The notes beneath the pieces were generated by a model. The model worked only from the letters and a program-made list of their open reading frames with translations, searched no databases and was not told the origin of the DNA. Shown one piece after another: positions 11,258 through 24,204 of a stretch of 64,000 bases of DNA. Source of the DNA: Octopus sinensis (Eukaryota); contig NC_043003.1 of the NCBI RefSeq assembly GCF_006345805.1, forward strand, positions 52,576,001-52,640,000. Reading direction: 5' to 3'. Both the position numbers and the translations under genes were made by a program. Numbering within the stretch: position 1 is the stretch's first letter; each line of letters starts with the position of its first letter.

Positions 11258-11609
11258 TGCGATTCTGTGAATATTATTTTGCTTGGAAACAGGTGAGTGT
11301 TTGTGACAGGAAAGGCATTAGGCTGTAGAAAATCTGCCTTAATGAACTCTATCTGACCCATGCATACATGGAAGAAAAAAGGTCATTGAAATGATGGTGA
11401 CTAGATCTCATGACTTCTTTTCCTGCCACTTATTTAACAATCTAAGTCAAGTAATAGATGAAAACACATTTTTTAATTGTAAGTCTAAAAATGTTTTTGT
11501 CAAAAACCCATCCCAACCTTTATGTTATAAATATCGAAAAATGGGATAGCCAACTTGCTGGCTCTTGTCAAACTGTTCAAGCCATACTATCATGAAGAAT
11601 GGATTTTAA

Positions 11610-11643
<34 letters not shown>

Positions 11644-12589
11644 CTGTATCTGAAGGTTGAGTACTTAGTGTTCAGATTTCTTTGTCAAGTGTAGTGCTTC
11701 ATCATTCAAATTATTTTGAATTACTCACATATAATCCTATAGCTTTGAGATTTCAATGATGTAAAAATTAACACTTCCTTCTCCAAGCCTTCTCAGTTAT
11801 CCAAACCACCAAGATCACAGGCCAGAATAAAGGTTTCCTTTGTCCTGTCAAAAAGTGATTGATCATCTCCCTTTGACCTACGACCCCAGCCATGTCAGAT
11901 GAAGTTCAAATGAACAGGAGCTGACCTATTTAGGTACAAACTCTGCTGCAGTATGTCTATCCTAGCTGCCATGATTATTATAAATACAGTGGTCAACAGA
12001 CAGACAAGAAGAAAGGCCTAGCAGGCAAACGAGCAAGATTTTAGCAGACTGAAGAGACCAAGAGAAATATTTGATGTTCCAAGGTAGACTGCTGTCTCAG
12101 ATGAACTATGCATCTGCTCACCTGATACACACATTTAACCACTACAATGCTACTGTTTATTGTTAGGATTACACTGTAGTATAAGTATGAGAGGCTGGAT
12201 CTGGCTAGTCTGAACATAAAACAGGTTGAATATTTGGGCCAAATATGGCCAGTTTTACTCTTTAGCACTTATACTGGCCATGTCTAGTCAAAATATCTAC
12301 CTGATTTATGCTTAAACTGGCCACATCTGGCCTCTCATATGTATCCCATAATGTCATTCTAAATATAAACAGTCACATCATTGAAATTTCGAAGCTACAA
12401 GATAATGCATAATTAATTCTAAAACAATGTGAATCTATAAATATTACATTTGACTGAATAATCTGAATGGTAAACCATTACACTGATTCATGAAGAGTTT
12501 TGGCCAGTTTGCTAAGCAGACCGAAACTTCAAAGTTGCTGTCAACACTATTCTTGTAAATGAATAATAAATATATACTTTAAAATTTTC

Positions 12590-13030
12590 ATTGTGTCTTG
12601 CAACCATTTCAATAGTTCAGAGAGTCAACAACTATTGAAAAGGTTGCAAGATGCAACAAAAATTTTAGGAAAATAAATAAGTAAATGAGTGGAAACTTTA
12701 CCAGTGAGTGTGTTAAATTATAAGGCACTAAAAGAGAATGACTCTCCCCAGACACAACAAAATATGCTTCAACACACGAACTCACATAAAGAATCTTGCA
12801 AACCAAATCAAAAGGCGAAATATATATATATAGGGAGAGTTTACGAAAAAAACAAAAAACAAAAACAGGTGGTGTACAAAACAGACAGATGTATTAGCAT
12901 AATGCTCAGGAATAGAAAAAGTCTTTACGTTTCGAGCCTACGCTCTTCTACAGAAAGGGACACAGAAAAAACAAGGAGAGAAAAAAAGGATAGAAAAAAA
13001 TGTGCGTAGTGGCTAACGATCTATCATGTC
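12590..13030 (-). mobile_element. Penelope-like element fragment with hairpin end and hammerhead-like motif
   Basis: Contains GCTCGAAACGT in a minimal hammerhead context (12921-12957); 12590-12830 is homologous to 53521-53870. Confidence 0.55.
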
Positions 13031-13052
13031 GACTGTCCTCATATATATACAT

Positions 13053-13112
<60 letters not shown>

Positions 13113-13121
13113 GTATATATA

Positions 13122-13570
13122 TGAGGACAGTTGTGTGAGGAAGTTCCACAATCTAATAGTGGAAGGAACCTATGGAAGGGGTAGACCCAGGAAGACATGG
13201 GATGAGGTGATGAAGCATGACCTTTGAATGTTGAGCCTCACAGAGGCAATGACAAGAGACTGAGATCTTCGGAGATAAGCTGTGATTGAGAAGACCTGGC
13301 AAATCAAGTGAAATCGCAGCCATGGGCCGATGCCAGTATTGCATGATTGGCCCATTTAAAAGTACCCTTGTAGCATTGGGTGATATGATATGCTCAAGAA
13401 AACCTGTTGAGTCAAGTAAAATTGAAAACAAAATCATAGCTGTGGCTAGTGCCACCTGACTGGCTTCTGTGCCAGTGGCATGTAAAATGCACCATGTGAA
13501 CGTGGTCAACGCCAGTGCCCTGACTGGCTAATGTGCCAGTGGCATTCAAAAAGCACCATCCAAATGTGGT
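13122..13570 (+). mobile_element. RTE LINE 3' fragment following a (TA)n tract
   Basis: VEGTYGRGRPRKTWDEVMKHDL followed by the family 3' UTR. Confidence 0.8.
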
Positions 13571-14049
13571 CGATGTGTATCCTTAGGTGTTTTTCAAGAA
13601 GTATCTCATTAAAATAAACTCTGTTTCGTACAACTTATTTCTGCATGTGTACATTTTGGGATTTGTTGATAGAAATGGCAAATTGAGGGATACTGCTTCA
13701 TTCTTATAGAAGATCAATGACAAAGAGCAGATACCAAAAGATACAATAAAGTATTTAATAATTATTCTCGTTAGATGGGTTGAAATGATTGTATTGATCA
13801 CTAAAGATTCTAATATATTCCATCTTCTGTCTCTCTCATTAATTACATACCCGACAAACACTGAGGAATACCTGAGGTAGATCCAGTGACATTTATAATG
13901 ATACTGCGGATGACATCAGCCAGCCATAGGCAGTGAATGAGCTTAACCGGCAAACTACACGGTGTATGCCGTATGCTTGATTAACTACTAACTATATACA
14001 TATATACAAAGGAGAGTCAAATATTATATGCACTCTTGTTTTTTCAATG

Positions 14050-14605
14050 TATTAGGTTGTTCTGAAAATAATGGCTGCTCTAAGTGTTGCATTTTAAAAT
14101 GCATTTTTATCATAGTATCTTAACTATATTTTATGTGAATTTTGACATACTTAATAATTGATGCATGCTCTTTAATAATTTTCTGCTTATTTCAGACAGA
14201 AAACATTCTTGAAGCATAGGCACCCTTAATTATCAACATGACAAAAAAGGATCTTCGCTTACTTTTCTTGCATGAGTTCAAGCTTGGGCACAATGCCTCC
14301 TAAACTCTTGCCAATATCAAGAGAGCATGAGGAGAGGGGTCCACAAGTGATTGCACAGTATGAAGGTGGTTTCAGAAATTCTGTAGTGGTGATGAGAGCC
14401 TTGAAGATGAAGAAGGTAGGAGATGGTCATGCAGTTTTGACAATGAACAATTGAAAACAACTTTTGAACAAAAACCCACGTCAAAGTGTCAGAGAAATGT
14501 CGCAGGCACTTGGTGTCAGTATTGCAATGGTCTCATGCAATCTGCAGAAGGTTGGTAAGGTGAAAAAGCTTGATAAGTGGGTACTGCATGAGCTCAATTA
14601 AAATC
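14050..14605 (+). mobile_element. Mariner (Hsmar1-like) 5' fragment
   Basis: TATTAGGTTG terminus; MTKKDLRLLFLHEFKLGHNA and WVLHEL (WVPHEL motif). Confidence 0.75.
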
Positions 14606-14607
14606 AA

Positions 14608-15432
14608 ATGTCCAACTCGAGAACCCAGTTTCCACAAAAACTGTTCGCTGGGAGCAGCACAAATCCAGATTTCACAGGTGGACTGCAATCAGAAAACCAC
14701 TACTTTCAAAAACAAATGTTGCCAAGCATTTAGAGTACAGTAAAAACCTACAGAATTGGTCCCTAAAGCAGTGTAAGAATATTTTCTTGGATGAGTCATC
14801 CTTCACCTTATTTCTGACCATCCTTTACCTTATTTCTGACCACCGGTCGAGTATACGTGCGGAGTTAGCATTTGACCCAGACTCCCTTCTTCCAACTGTT
14901 AAACATAGAGGAGGATCTGTGATGATCGGGGGGTGGGGGTGGGTGGGGGGCTATATCTTAGAAATCCGTCGGACCAATAGTTTCCCTTCACGGCAGAATG
15001 AATAGTCAAGTCTGATCAAATTCATGCTATGGTTGTACAGCTGTTTCCAGAGGGAAACACAGTCTTTCAGGATGATAATGCACCAATTCACACAGCTAAA
15101 GTTGTTACTAAATAGCATGAGGAACATTCTAGTGAAGCTGAACATCTTATCTGGCCACCACAGTCCCCAGATCTCAATATTATTGAACATTTATGGTGCA
15201 TTTTAGAAAAACAAGTAAGGAGTCGATATCCTCCACCATCATCACTACAAGAACTGGAGACTATTTTAGCTGAAGAAAGGACAAAAATTCCTTTGGAAAC
15301 AATTCAAACTTTGTACGAGTCCATACCTCGTAGAATTCAAGCTGTAATTACTGCCAAAGGCAGTCCTACCCCATATTAAAATAAATTTGTTTGAAATTTT
15401 AAGGTGTTTCCATTATTTTGTCCATCCCCTAT
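14608..15432 (+). mobile_element. Tc1-family transposase 3' fragment with terminal repeat
   Basis: DESSF, TVKHRGGSVMI, FQDDNAPIH and WPPQSPDLNIIEHLW (DD34E motifs); ends GGTGTTTCCATTATTTTGTCCATCCCCTA. Confidence 0.85.
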
Positions 15433-15454
15433 ATATATAGCCGCTGTTACATCT

Positions 15455-17200
15455 GTCTCCTCAATGTTGATGTAATTGATGGCTAGTGTCTCCTTTTTTA
15501 GAGCTGCAATATTTAGTAATTCAGCAGGATTTGTTTTTATTATCTACTTGTGTCCAAGGGGGAAAGTGAAGACACTTTTAAATTGTTCACTGAGTATCTC
15601 ACTCATCCTTCCTGGGTCCACTGTCAGTGAGTCATTCTCTTGGAACAATGGTCCTATTTTATATTGTATTGTAGCTGTTTCCTGTTTCCTTAGTGAATTT
15701 ATAGAAAGCTTTGGGATTTGTTTTTCATGCTTTCCAAAGCACTCTTCTCTCTGCTCTTTCCCTTTCACGAGGGTTTGATCTTGTTTTTAATTTCTAGGAG
15801 TGTCTGTATTAAGATACACTCCTCCCTATCCTTCAGTTGCCTATTCAGTCACTTTGAGGTCTTTGACCTATTTCTCATAAGGACATTTCTGTCCCTAGGA
15901 ATCCCATGTTTCAGCCATCATCATCATCATCATCATCATCATTTAAAGTCCGCAGAGTTTCTACAGCTGGATGCCCTTCTTAACACCAACCACTCCAAGA
16001 GTGTAGTGGGTGCTTTTACGTGCCACTGGCACAAGGGCCGGTCAGGCGGTACTGGCAATGGCCACGCTCAAATGGTGCTTTTTATGTGCCACATGCACAG
16101 GAGCCAGTCCAGCGGCACTGGCAACAACCTTGCTCAAATGTTTTTTCATGTGCCATCAGCACAAGTGCCAGTAAGGCGACGCAGGTAACGATCATGTTAA
16201 AATGGTGCTTTTGACGTGCCACCGGCACGGAAGCCAGTTTGTTGCTCTGGCAATGATCACGCTTGGATGATACTCTTAGCGCTCCACTAGCATGGATGCC
16301 AGTCATCTAATTTGATTTCGATTTTGATTTCACTTGCCTCAACAGGTCTTTGCAAGCAGAATTTAGTGTCCAATGAAGGAAAGGTATGCATAAGTGGGCT
16401 GGTTACACCCCTGGCATATGCCATGAGGTTATGGTCTCACTTGAGCTTGCTGAGTCTTCTGAAGCACAGCATAATTCCAAAGGTCCCGGTCACTAGTCAT
16501 TGCCTCGGTGAGGCTCAATGTTCGAAGATCATGCTTCACCACCTCATCTCAGGTCCTCCTGGGTCTACCTCTTCTACAGGTTCCCTCAACCGCAAGGGTG
16601 TGGCACTTTTTCACACAGATATCCACATCCATTCTCGCCACATGGGCATACCAGCATAATAATCTTAGCCTTTCTTTCTGGGATATATTTAGTGCATATA
16701 GCTTGCACTATTGACATAGACTAGATGAGTTTCAAATCAACATCTTGCATACATAGAATGTTGGACCAGTTTCGTTTGTGGATCTCTTTGCAGATTGATT
16801 AACATTTTGCTTTATAGAAATTCAGGTTGGATAAGGCTTGAGTCCTCCTGATAAGGTAAACACCAGCAGTTCATGCAGGACCATACATAGTTAGTTCAAC
16901 AGTGATGTGATCTGAGAGTGCTGTTGGTGTCACCTTCACATGGATAAGGTCCACATTCTTTATGAAGCAGAGGTCCAATATATTGTTTCCCTTGGTTGGC
17001 CTGATTATCACTTGCTCCATGAACAGCATATTAGTAAGTTCAAGTAATTACTCTACATGCTTTTGTTCATGCAGTGACATCCTAGAGATGTGGTCTTCTG
17101 GCCATTTAACATGTGGGGGGTGTTGAAGTCACCAGGAAAAATAAGTTGATGTTCTGATCTATCTATCTAGGCTTGAAACATAAAAGACTTTTTCACCTTT
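15455..17200 (-). mobile_element. Decayed CR1/L2-group LINE (endonuclease and pre-RT region) interrupted by an RTE fragment (15916-16652)
   Basis: GDFNTPHVKW...PTKGNNILDLCF-like region at about 16900-17110; IGPLFQENDSLTVDPGRMSEILSEQFKSVFT at 15560-15660. Confidence 0.65.
15916..16652 (-). mobile_element. RTE LINE 3' fragment
   Basis: (CAT)n tail on the plus strand, family 3' UTR, and the GRGRPRRT-like ORF end. Confidence 0.85.
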
Positions 17201-17262
17201 TTCCCAAGTGTCAAACTAATACACCTATCTTTGTCTTTTGTTTATCAGTATATTTCAACTAT

Positions 17263-17298
<36 letters not shown>

Positions 17299-17300
<2 letters not shown>

Positions 17301-18326
17301 ACTGAGGGTTCCTCTATGCTGACCTCAACTAGAGAAGAAGTTCCAGATATGGAAGCAAGTTCTAGAATCAAAGGGCCTTAGAGGTAACCTAGCAAAAATC
17401 CAAGTCTTAGTAAGTAGTAAGGTAGACAAATCACAAATCCCTTCAGGTAGATGGCTCTGCTCAATCTGTAGAAAAGGTGTAGGTAGAAACTCCATAAGCT
17501 GCACCTAGTGTAAACTTTGAACACAAAAGGTGCAGCAATATCAGAGAAAGGTTAACAGGGAAAATAGCTTTTGTATGTAGAAGATATACAGGCACAATAA
17601 ATGCTGAAAATAGGCAGAAAATAGACTCTGAGAGCATAGATGTGAAATTAAGATTAGGATGGGCAAAGTTCAGAGAGCTCCTACCTCTGCTGGTAACAAA
17701 GGGCATCTCTCTGAGAGTGAAAGGTAGAATGTTTGTTGCCTGTGTGTGAACAGCTATGCTGCATGGCAGTGAAACATGGGGCTGTGTCAGTTGGGGACAT
17801 GCGTAGGCTTGAAAGAAATGAAGCCAGTATGCTTTGGTGGATGAGCAATGTCAGTGTGTATGTTCAACAGAGTGTAAGCATCTTGAGAGAAAAGTTAGGC
17901 ATAAGAGGAATCAGATGTGGTATGCAAGAGAGATGACTGCACTGGTATGGTCATGTGATGCACATGGATGAAGACAGCTGTGTAAAGAAGTGCCAGTCTC
18001 TAACTGAGGAGGGAACCTGTGAAAGAGGTAGACCCAGGAAGACATGGGACAAGGTGGAGAAGCATGATCTTCGAAATTTGAGCCTCACAGAGGCAATGAC
18101 TGGTGACCAAGATCTTTGCTGATGTACTGTGTTTGAGAAGACCTGTCAAGCCAAGTGCACCTGAGCTGGCGGCATGTAAAAGCACCCATTACACTCTCAG
18201 AGTGGTTGGCATTAGGAAGGGCATCCAGCTATAGAAAACCATACCAAATCAAGCTGGAATCTGGTGCAGCCTTCCAGTGTGGTCAAACCATCCAACCCAT
18301 GCCAGCATAGACAATGATGATGATGA
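17299..18326 (+). mobile_element. RTE LINE fragment (RT C-terminal part, internally deleted) with 3' tail
   Basis: PHD-like segment, ARVRLGWAKFRELLPLL-like and RNEASML motifs; (GAT)n end. Confidence 0.85.
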
Positions 18327-19089
18327 GGATATATATGTGTGTGTGTGTGTGTGCTTGTATATATATAATACACACACATATATATGTATGTATATATATG
18401 TGTAAGCGAGTAACAAAGAAGTATAAGTGTTAATTTGTTAAAGCCGTTTTGAGCTACTCCTTTAATTGATCAATGAAAGCATTACGTTATTACAAAAAAC
18501 CCCCCATTCTCATCAGATGACCGCATAGACCACAAACGTATAGGACAAGTTAGATAGTTAGACATATTCATATCATCAAGGGAGATCAAATATTTACAAT
18601 AATTCCACTGCTAAATTTTTTTGGCAGAATGAAAAAAAGGACAGTGCAACAACAGACAAGCCAGAAATTAGCATAGGCTAGAATGGTGGGGTGGGATGAA
18701 TGAGAGTAGTGACTCCATTATCTACATATTCAGTACAATAGGGAGATTGTAGCCTTCAAAACATCTAAAATTAGATCCTTAGGGAGTTATAAATTAATTG
18801 GTATCATGACAAACCATTCCACTATCTGAGGAAATGGAACTTTACATCTAGCCATATCAACACCAAAGGGTAGGTCACGGGGTGCTAATTGAGAATGTCT
18901 GATTGAGGAGTTGTGATAAGAGAAAAAGAATCATTAGCATGCAGGGCGAAATGCTTAGCGGTATTTCATCTGCCATTACGTTCGGAGTTCAAATTCTGCT
19001 GGGGTCGAGTTTGTCTTTCATCCTTCTGGGACTGATTAAATAAGTACCAGTTATGCACTGGGGTTGATGTAATTGACTTAATTCCTTTG

Positions 19090-20517
19090 TCAGCTCCTTT
19101 CAAGTGTTGGGCCTCACAGAAGCAATGACCAAAACCTTTGTCTCAAAGTGTTGGGCTCCACCAAAGCAATGACCGAGACCTTTGGCATTATGTCGTGCTT
19201 GAGAAGATGACCCATCAAGCCAAGCAAAATCACAGTCGTGGCAAATGCTGGTGTCACACAAATGGCATCCATTTCACTCTCAGAGTGGTTGGCATTAGGA
19301 ACGGCATCCAGCAGTAGAAACCATGCCAAATCAGACTGGAGTCTGGTGCAGCCTCCCAGCTTGCCAGCCCTCGTCAAACCGTCCAACCCACGTCAGCATG
19401 GACAACGGATGTTAAATGATGATGATACATACACACATACATGTTTGTTTGTTTGTATGTATATATGTATGTATGTATTTATTTATGTGCATGTGTGCGA
19501 ACAGCCATGCTACATGGCAGAGAAACATGGGCTGTGACTGCTGAGGACATGCATAAGCTTGCAAGGAATGAAGCCAGTATGCTCCGCAGGATGTGTAATG
19601 TCAGTGTGCATACACGACAGAGTGTAAGCACCCTGAGAGAAAAGTTGGATTTAAGAAGCATCAGATATGGTGTGCAAGAGAGACGACTGCGCTGGTATGG
19701 TCATGTATTGTGAATGAATGAGGCCAGTTGTGTGAAAAAGTGTCACACCCTAGCAGTTGAGGGAACCTATGGAAGAGGTAGACCCAGGAAAACCTGAGAT
19801 GGAGTGGTGAAGCATGACCTTCAAACATTGGGCCTTACTGAGGCAATGACTAGTGACCGGGACCTTTGGAGATATGCTGTGCTTGAGAAGACCCGACAAG
19901 CCAAGTGAGACCATAGCCAGTGAGTGTAACCAGCCCATTTATAAATACCCCTCATTCATTGGACAATAAACCTTGCTTGTGAAGACCTATTGAGGCAAGT
20001 GAAATCAAAATCAAAATTGCTGACATGGGCTGAAGACAGTACCGCCTGATTGGCACTTGTGCCAGTGAAATGTTAAAAGAAGCATATCCGAGTATGATTG
20101 TTGCCAGGGCCATGGATTGGCTCCCGTGCCAGTGACACGTGAAAAGCACCATTTGAGCGTGATCATTGCCAGTGTTGCCTTACCAGCACATGTGCCGGTG
20201 GCACGTGAAGAAATACATTTGAGTGTAGTCATTGCCATTGCCGCCAGACTGGCCCCATGCAGGTAGCACGTAAAAACACCTTTTGAGTGCGGTCATTGCC
20301 AGAACCACCTGACTGGCCCTCGTGCTGATGGCACGTAAAAAGCACCCACTACACTCTTGGAGTGGTTAGCGTTAGGAAGGGCAACCAGCCATAGAAACTT
20401 TGCCAGATCAAATTCAGCCTGGTGCAGCCTCTGGCTCACCAGTCCTCAGTCAAACCATCCAACCCATGCCAGCATGGAAAGCGGACATTAAACGATGATG
20501 ATGATGATGATGACGAT
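19090..20517 (+). mobile_element. Two head-to-tail RTE 3' fragments (19090-19426 and 19487-20517)
   Basis: Each ends in CCATGCCAGCATGG...TTAAA(GAT)n; the second encodes ETWAVTAEDMHKLARNEASML. Confidence 0.85.
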
Positions 20518-20778
20518 GCATAAAAGTTGGCATTTACCATTCTCATTTGAGATAATCTCAATGAAAAAATTGTGTTATTGTGATTACATTCCTGATGAAT
20601 GTTATATTACATTACATAGCTCTGCATCTTCAAAGCTGTAAAATAAAAACTCCCTCACTTGTAAGATTGGAAAGGGAAGAACATCTGGCCATAAAAATAC
20701 TACACTCAAATGAATACTTGCCCATCCTAAGCTAATATAGAGAAAAAAACAAACCTATAATAACTGAATATATATGTA

Positions 20779-20807
<29 letters not shown>

Positions 20808-20810
<3 letters not shown>

Positions 20811-21050
20811 GAGGTGGAATGGCCCAGTGGTTAGGGCAGTGGACTCGCAGTTGTATGATCGTAGTTTCAATTCCCAGACCGGCCGTTGTGAGTGTTTATT
20901 GAGCAAAAACACCTAAAGTTCCATGAGGTTCCGGCAGGAGGTAGTGGCGATCCTGGCTGTACTCTTTCGCCACAACTTTCTCTCACTCTTCCCTCCCGCA
21001 TCTTGCAGTTCACCTGTGACAGACCGGCATCCCGTCCAAGTAGGGAACCT
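20808..21050 (+). mobile_element. tRNA-derived SINE family C
   Basis: A box TGGCCCAGTGGTTAGG, B box GTTTCAATTCC; 3' GACCGGCATCCCGTCCA motif shared with 28570-29075. Confidence 0.7.
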
Positions 21051-22327
21051 CTCCCACATTATCACTCTGTTTTTCCTATATATTCTTCCTATCACTCACC
21101 TTCATATTCTTCAACTTCCCTTTCTTATTCCCACTCTGTTGGTCAAGTAGCTTGAGCAAATGCAGACAACATAGGGTAGTGAGAATCTCAATAAAAGTGA
21201 GCGTACTACTTCTGATGCCATGATAATATACACTCAGCACAGTTTGTGAAATTGCTGATGAATAAGCAGAGACATCTAAGGACAGAAAGGTCCCTTTATT
21301 TTGTTTTGAGGACATGACAACCTAAACAGGCTGGCATCACAATAAAATGCACTGAACACACTCTGTAAAGTTGGCAATGAACAGAGACGTCATACAATCA
21401 GGAAGACTCTCTTGGCTGGTTTTGTTGAGGACACAGCAACCTGTCCAATCCATGCCAGCATGGAAAGCAAATGTAAATTTGATGATTATATTGATAATGT
21501 GATGATGATTTATAAAATACAAAACATTATTGCTTATGATTAGAAAAAAATACTAATTTTTACAAGATAGTCAATTGAAATAATCTTAGTGGATTAAAAT
21601 GGATTATTTTTGTTGATTGAAAGTGATAAAACCAACGACAAGTGGATCAAACTATTGAAAAGTATTTGGTCCATCATCATATCCTTTCTGCCAATATGTG
21701 GAATCAGACTTCAAATATAAACCAAAAAGAGCATCTCCTAATATTGCCAATCAGGAATACAGTAGAGCAAGATAGAAACAGTAAAAGTAATACTGCTTTA
21801 TAAATATAATAATTTCTGTTATAAAAAGAAATTGTAAAGGAAATAAACTAGCTCATTTGGTGAAGTCTGTCACAGAGATTTCTGTTTCAAGACAAAATTT
21901 AAATCCATTTAACTGTTAAAGAACCTTAGGTTTCTTGAATACGTTCTTAACTTTTTAGAAATGAAACCTACATTGAAGAAGACAAAGTCATTTTTTATGA
22001 GATACATAAAGAATTATTGTCTAACTTTAAAAAAATCTGAATATTCAAAGACAAACAAAGAATATGTTCACTTGAAAAGACTAGCTCTTTTGCCATTTTA
22101 AGCAATAAGTAGTTAGAAAAAAACACCAGGAAAACTTCTCACTGTATCTTCTAGAAGAATCAGTACAAGATTTATTAACAGGAGTATAAGGGCTTCTCAG
22201 TTGTTCTTACAAGTGATTCAGCTATATTTAATCAAAATTTTCAGCTACAGATTATGAAGCAGTTATGGCATAACATTTTAATTCTTTAACAGTGGAATAC
22301 TGCAGTCATTATTTTAATGTGATGTAA

Positions 22328-22725
22328 GGCGTTGAGCTGGCAGAAACGTTAGCACGCCGGGCGAAATGCTTAGCAGTATTTCATCTGTTGCTACCTTCTG
22401 AGTTCAAATTCCGCTGAGGTCGACTTTGCCTTTCATCCTTTCGGGGTCGATTAAATAAGTACCAGTTACACACTGGGGGGTCGATATAATTGACTTAATC
22501 CCTTTGTCTGTCCCCTCTGTGTGTAGACCCTTCTGGGCAGTAAAGAAATAAGAATCGTTATCATGCCGGGCAAAATGCTTAGCGTTATTTCCTCTTTCAT
22601 CACATTCTGAGTTCAAACGCCACCGGGGTTGACTTTGCTTTCATCCACTCGGGGTCGATAAATTAAGTACCAGATCCCCTCCCCCAAAATGCCAGGGCTT
22701 GTTCCTCTAGTACAAAGGATTATTT
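22328..22725 (+). mobile_element. Tandem pair of SINE B copies
   Basis: Full copy 22328-22553 followed directly by a 5'-clipped copy with the alternative tail. Confidence 0.8.
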
Positions 22726-23563
22726 TAGTGTGATGTCTGAGTACAAAAAAACATATCTAAATGACAGAATTGTTAAATTCAAACTATAAGAATAATAATA
22801 TTTCAGCAATTTTGAAGCAATTCTTTTTTAAAACATATCCCCAAGTATTCATAGAATTTCATTTTTTATAATGGAGTTAATTTATTTTATACCTGTTTTC
22901 CATGCTAACATGGGTCAGATGAATATATTATCGAAGCATTTGTTTTTCAATCATGCATTTTTCCTGTTGCTAACCCTTACCTATTTTCCAAATAAGGTTT
23001 TTTTTTTTATTCGACACATTTTCGAAGGTGCCAAACCAGCAGATGATTTGTTGACAAGGAATAAGCCTACATAATTATTTGAAGCTCAGTGATTTTTTAA
23101 GATGCCCAAAAGTAAACAAACACATTAGCACACACACACACAACCTATGCCAGTATGGAAAATGGTCATTAAATGATGATAATGATGATATTAGAATCAA
23201 TCAAATTGATAGTATTCTCTCAAAATGGCCTTGGTAAAGGGAAAGAAATAAAAAAAATATCTAAATTCAGTTATGAATATATTTGCATGGTGGTGTCTTT
23301 TTACTTGCTAGCTTCGGTTAGACAAATATAATATTGAAATATTGTCTCACAGCTGGATGCCTTTCCTGACGATAACCTTTACTGATTTTTGTGTAAGAAA
23401 TCTTTTATTTCACACATCTTCAATGGCATAAAACTAGTAGAGCATTTGTAGATATGGGATATGATCAAAATATGACTGCTTGTAGCTCTGTAGTTTTCAG
23501 AGATGTGCAAATGTAAACAAACTGACATACATACAAGTGCACTTATACCCACATGCACATGTA

Positions 23564-23786
23564 TATGATGAGGTACTGAAAAGTTCCTGGCTTTGGGTAA
23601 AAAAAAATACAGAAAGATCAGTTAACTATGATTTTATTCAACATATTCCCCTCTCAGATTCACGTACTTATTGCAGTGGTCCTTCAGTTTTTCTAAGCCC
23701 TGTAAAAGAACTCAGAAGGTTGGGCTTCCAACCAGGCCTTTCACGATACCCTTAAAGCCAGGAACTTTTCAGCACCCCTTTGTGTA
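23564..23786. mobile_element. Mariner-type MITE
   Basis: TIR TGAAAAGTTCCTGGCTTT / AAAGCCAGGAACTTTTCA with TA flanks. Confidence 0.75.
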
Positions 23787-24025
23787 TATGATGGATTTCT
23801 CTCACTATTCATTTGCTAAATCCATTCACAGAGAGTCATTTTTTCAACGTATCATGCAGTGGCATTAAACCCAAAACTACATGGTTGTAAAGCGAACTTC
23901 TCAATCATAGAGCCATGTGTATTTATGTATATGTTTTGTAAATACAACTAAAAAGGGAATGAAATAGGTTCAACTTTGCCACAGAAGAAATAACAATCAA
24001 GAAATGAAAATAACGAAACATTCAC

Positions 24026-24204
24026 CTAAAGAATTCTTTTTTGCCAGCACTTCCGGAGTCATTGGGTACCAATAATGCACCATCACCAATAACAAATTTA
24101 TCAAAGTAGCTAATATCGTAGAAGTCAGACAGTTGAAAATGATAATTCTCCGCATTTGTAGAGTTGATGTTTAAAACACTTTGTCGTACACCAAAAGCAA
24201 AGAG
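24026..24204 (-). CDS. BRCA2: BRCA2 helical-domain exon (179 bp, phase 0 to 2), counterpart of human exon 16
   Basis: Translates LFAFGVRQSVLNINSTNAENYHFQLSDFYDISYFDKFVIGDGALLVPNDSGSAGKKEFFR, aligning with human LYTYGV...INSKNAESFQF...[22 protein letters not shown] (from memory). Canonical AG/GT boundaries. Not in the ORF track. Confidence 0.95.

Noticed and set aside
12948-13227. Low-complexity ORFs (YIYIYI, THTHTH, NNNN, LLLL types) here and throughout the window
   Set aside because: They are translations of (TA)n, (CA)n, (ATA)n and (GTT)n microsatellites.
13640-13925. Possible very old LINE RT remnant (ATACTGCGGATGACATC, YADD-like)
   Set aside because: Too degenerate, with multiple stops and frameshifts, to support as a feature.
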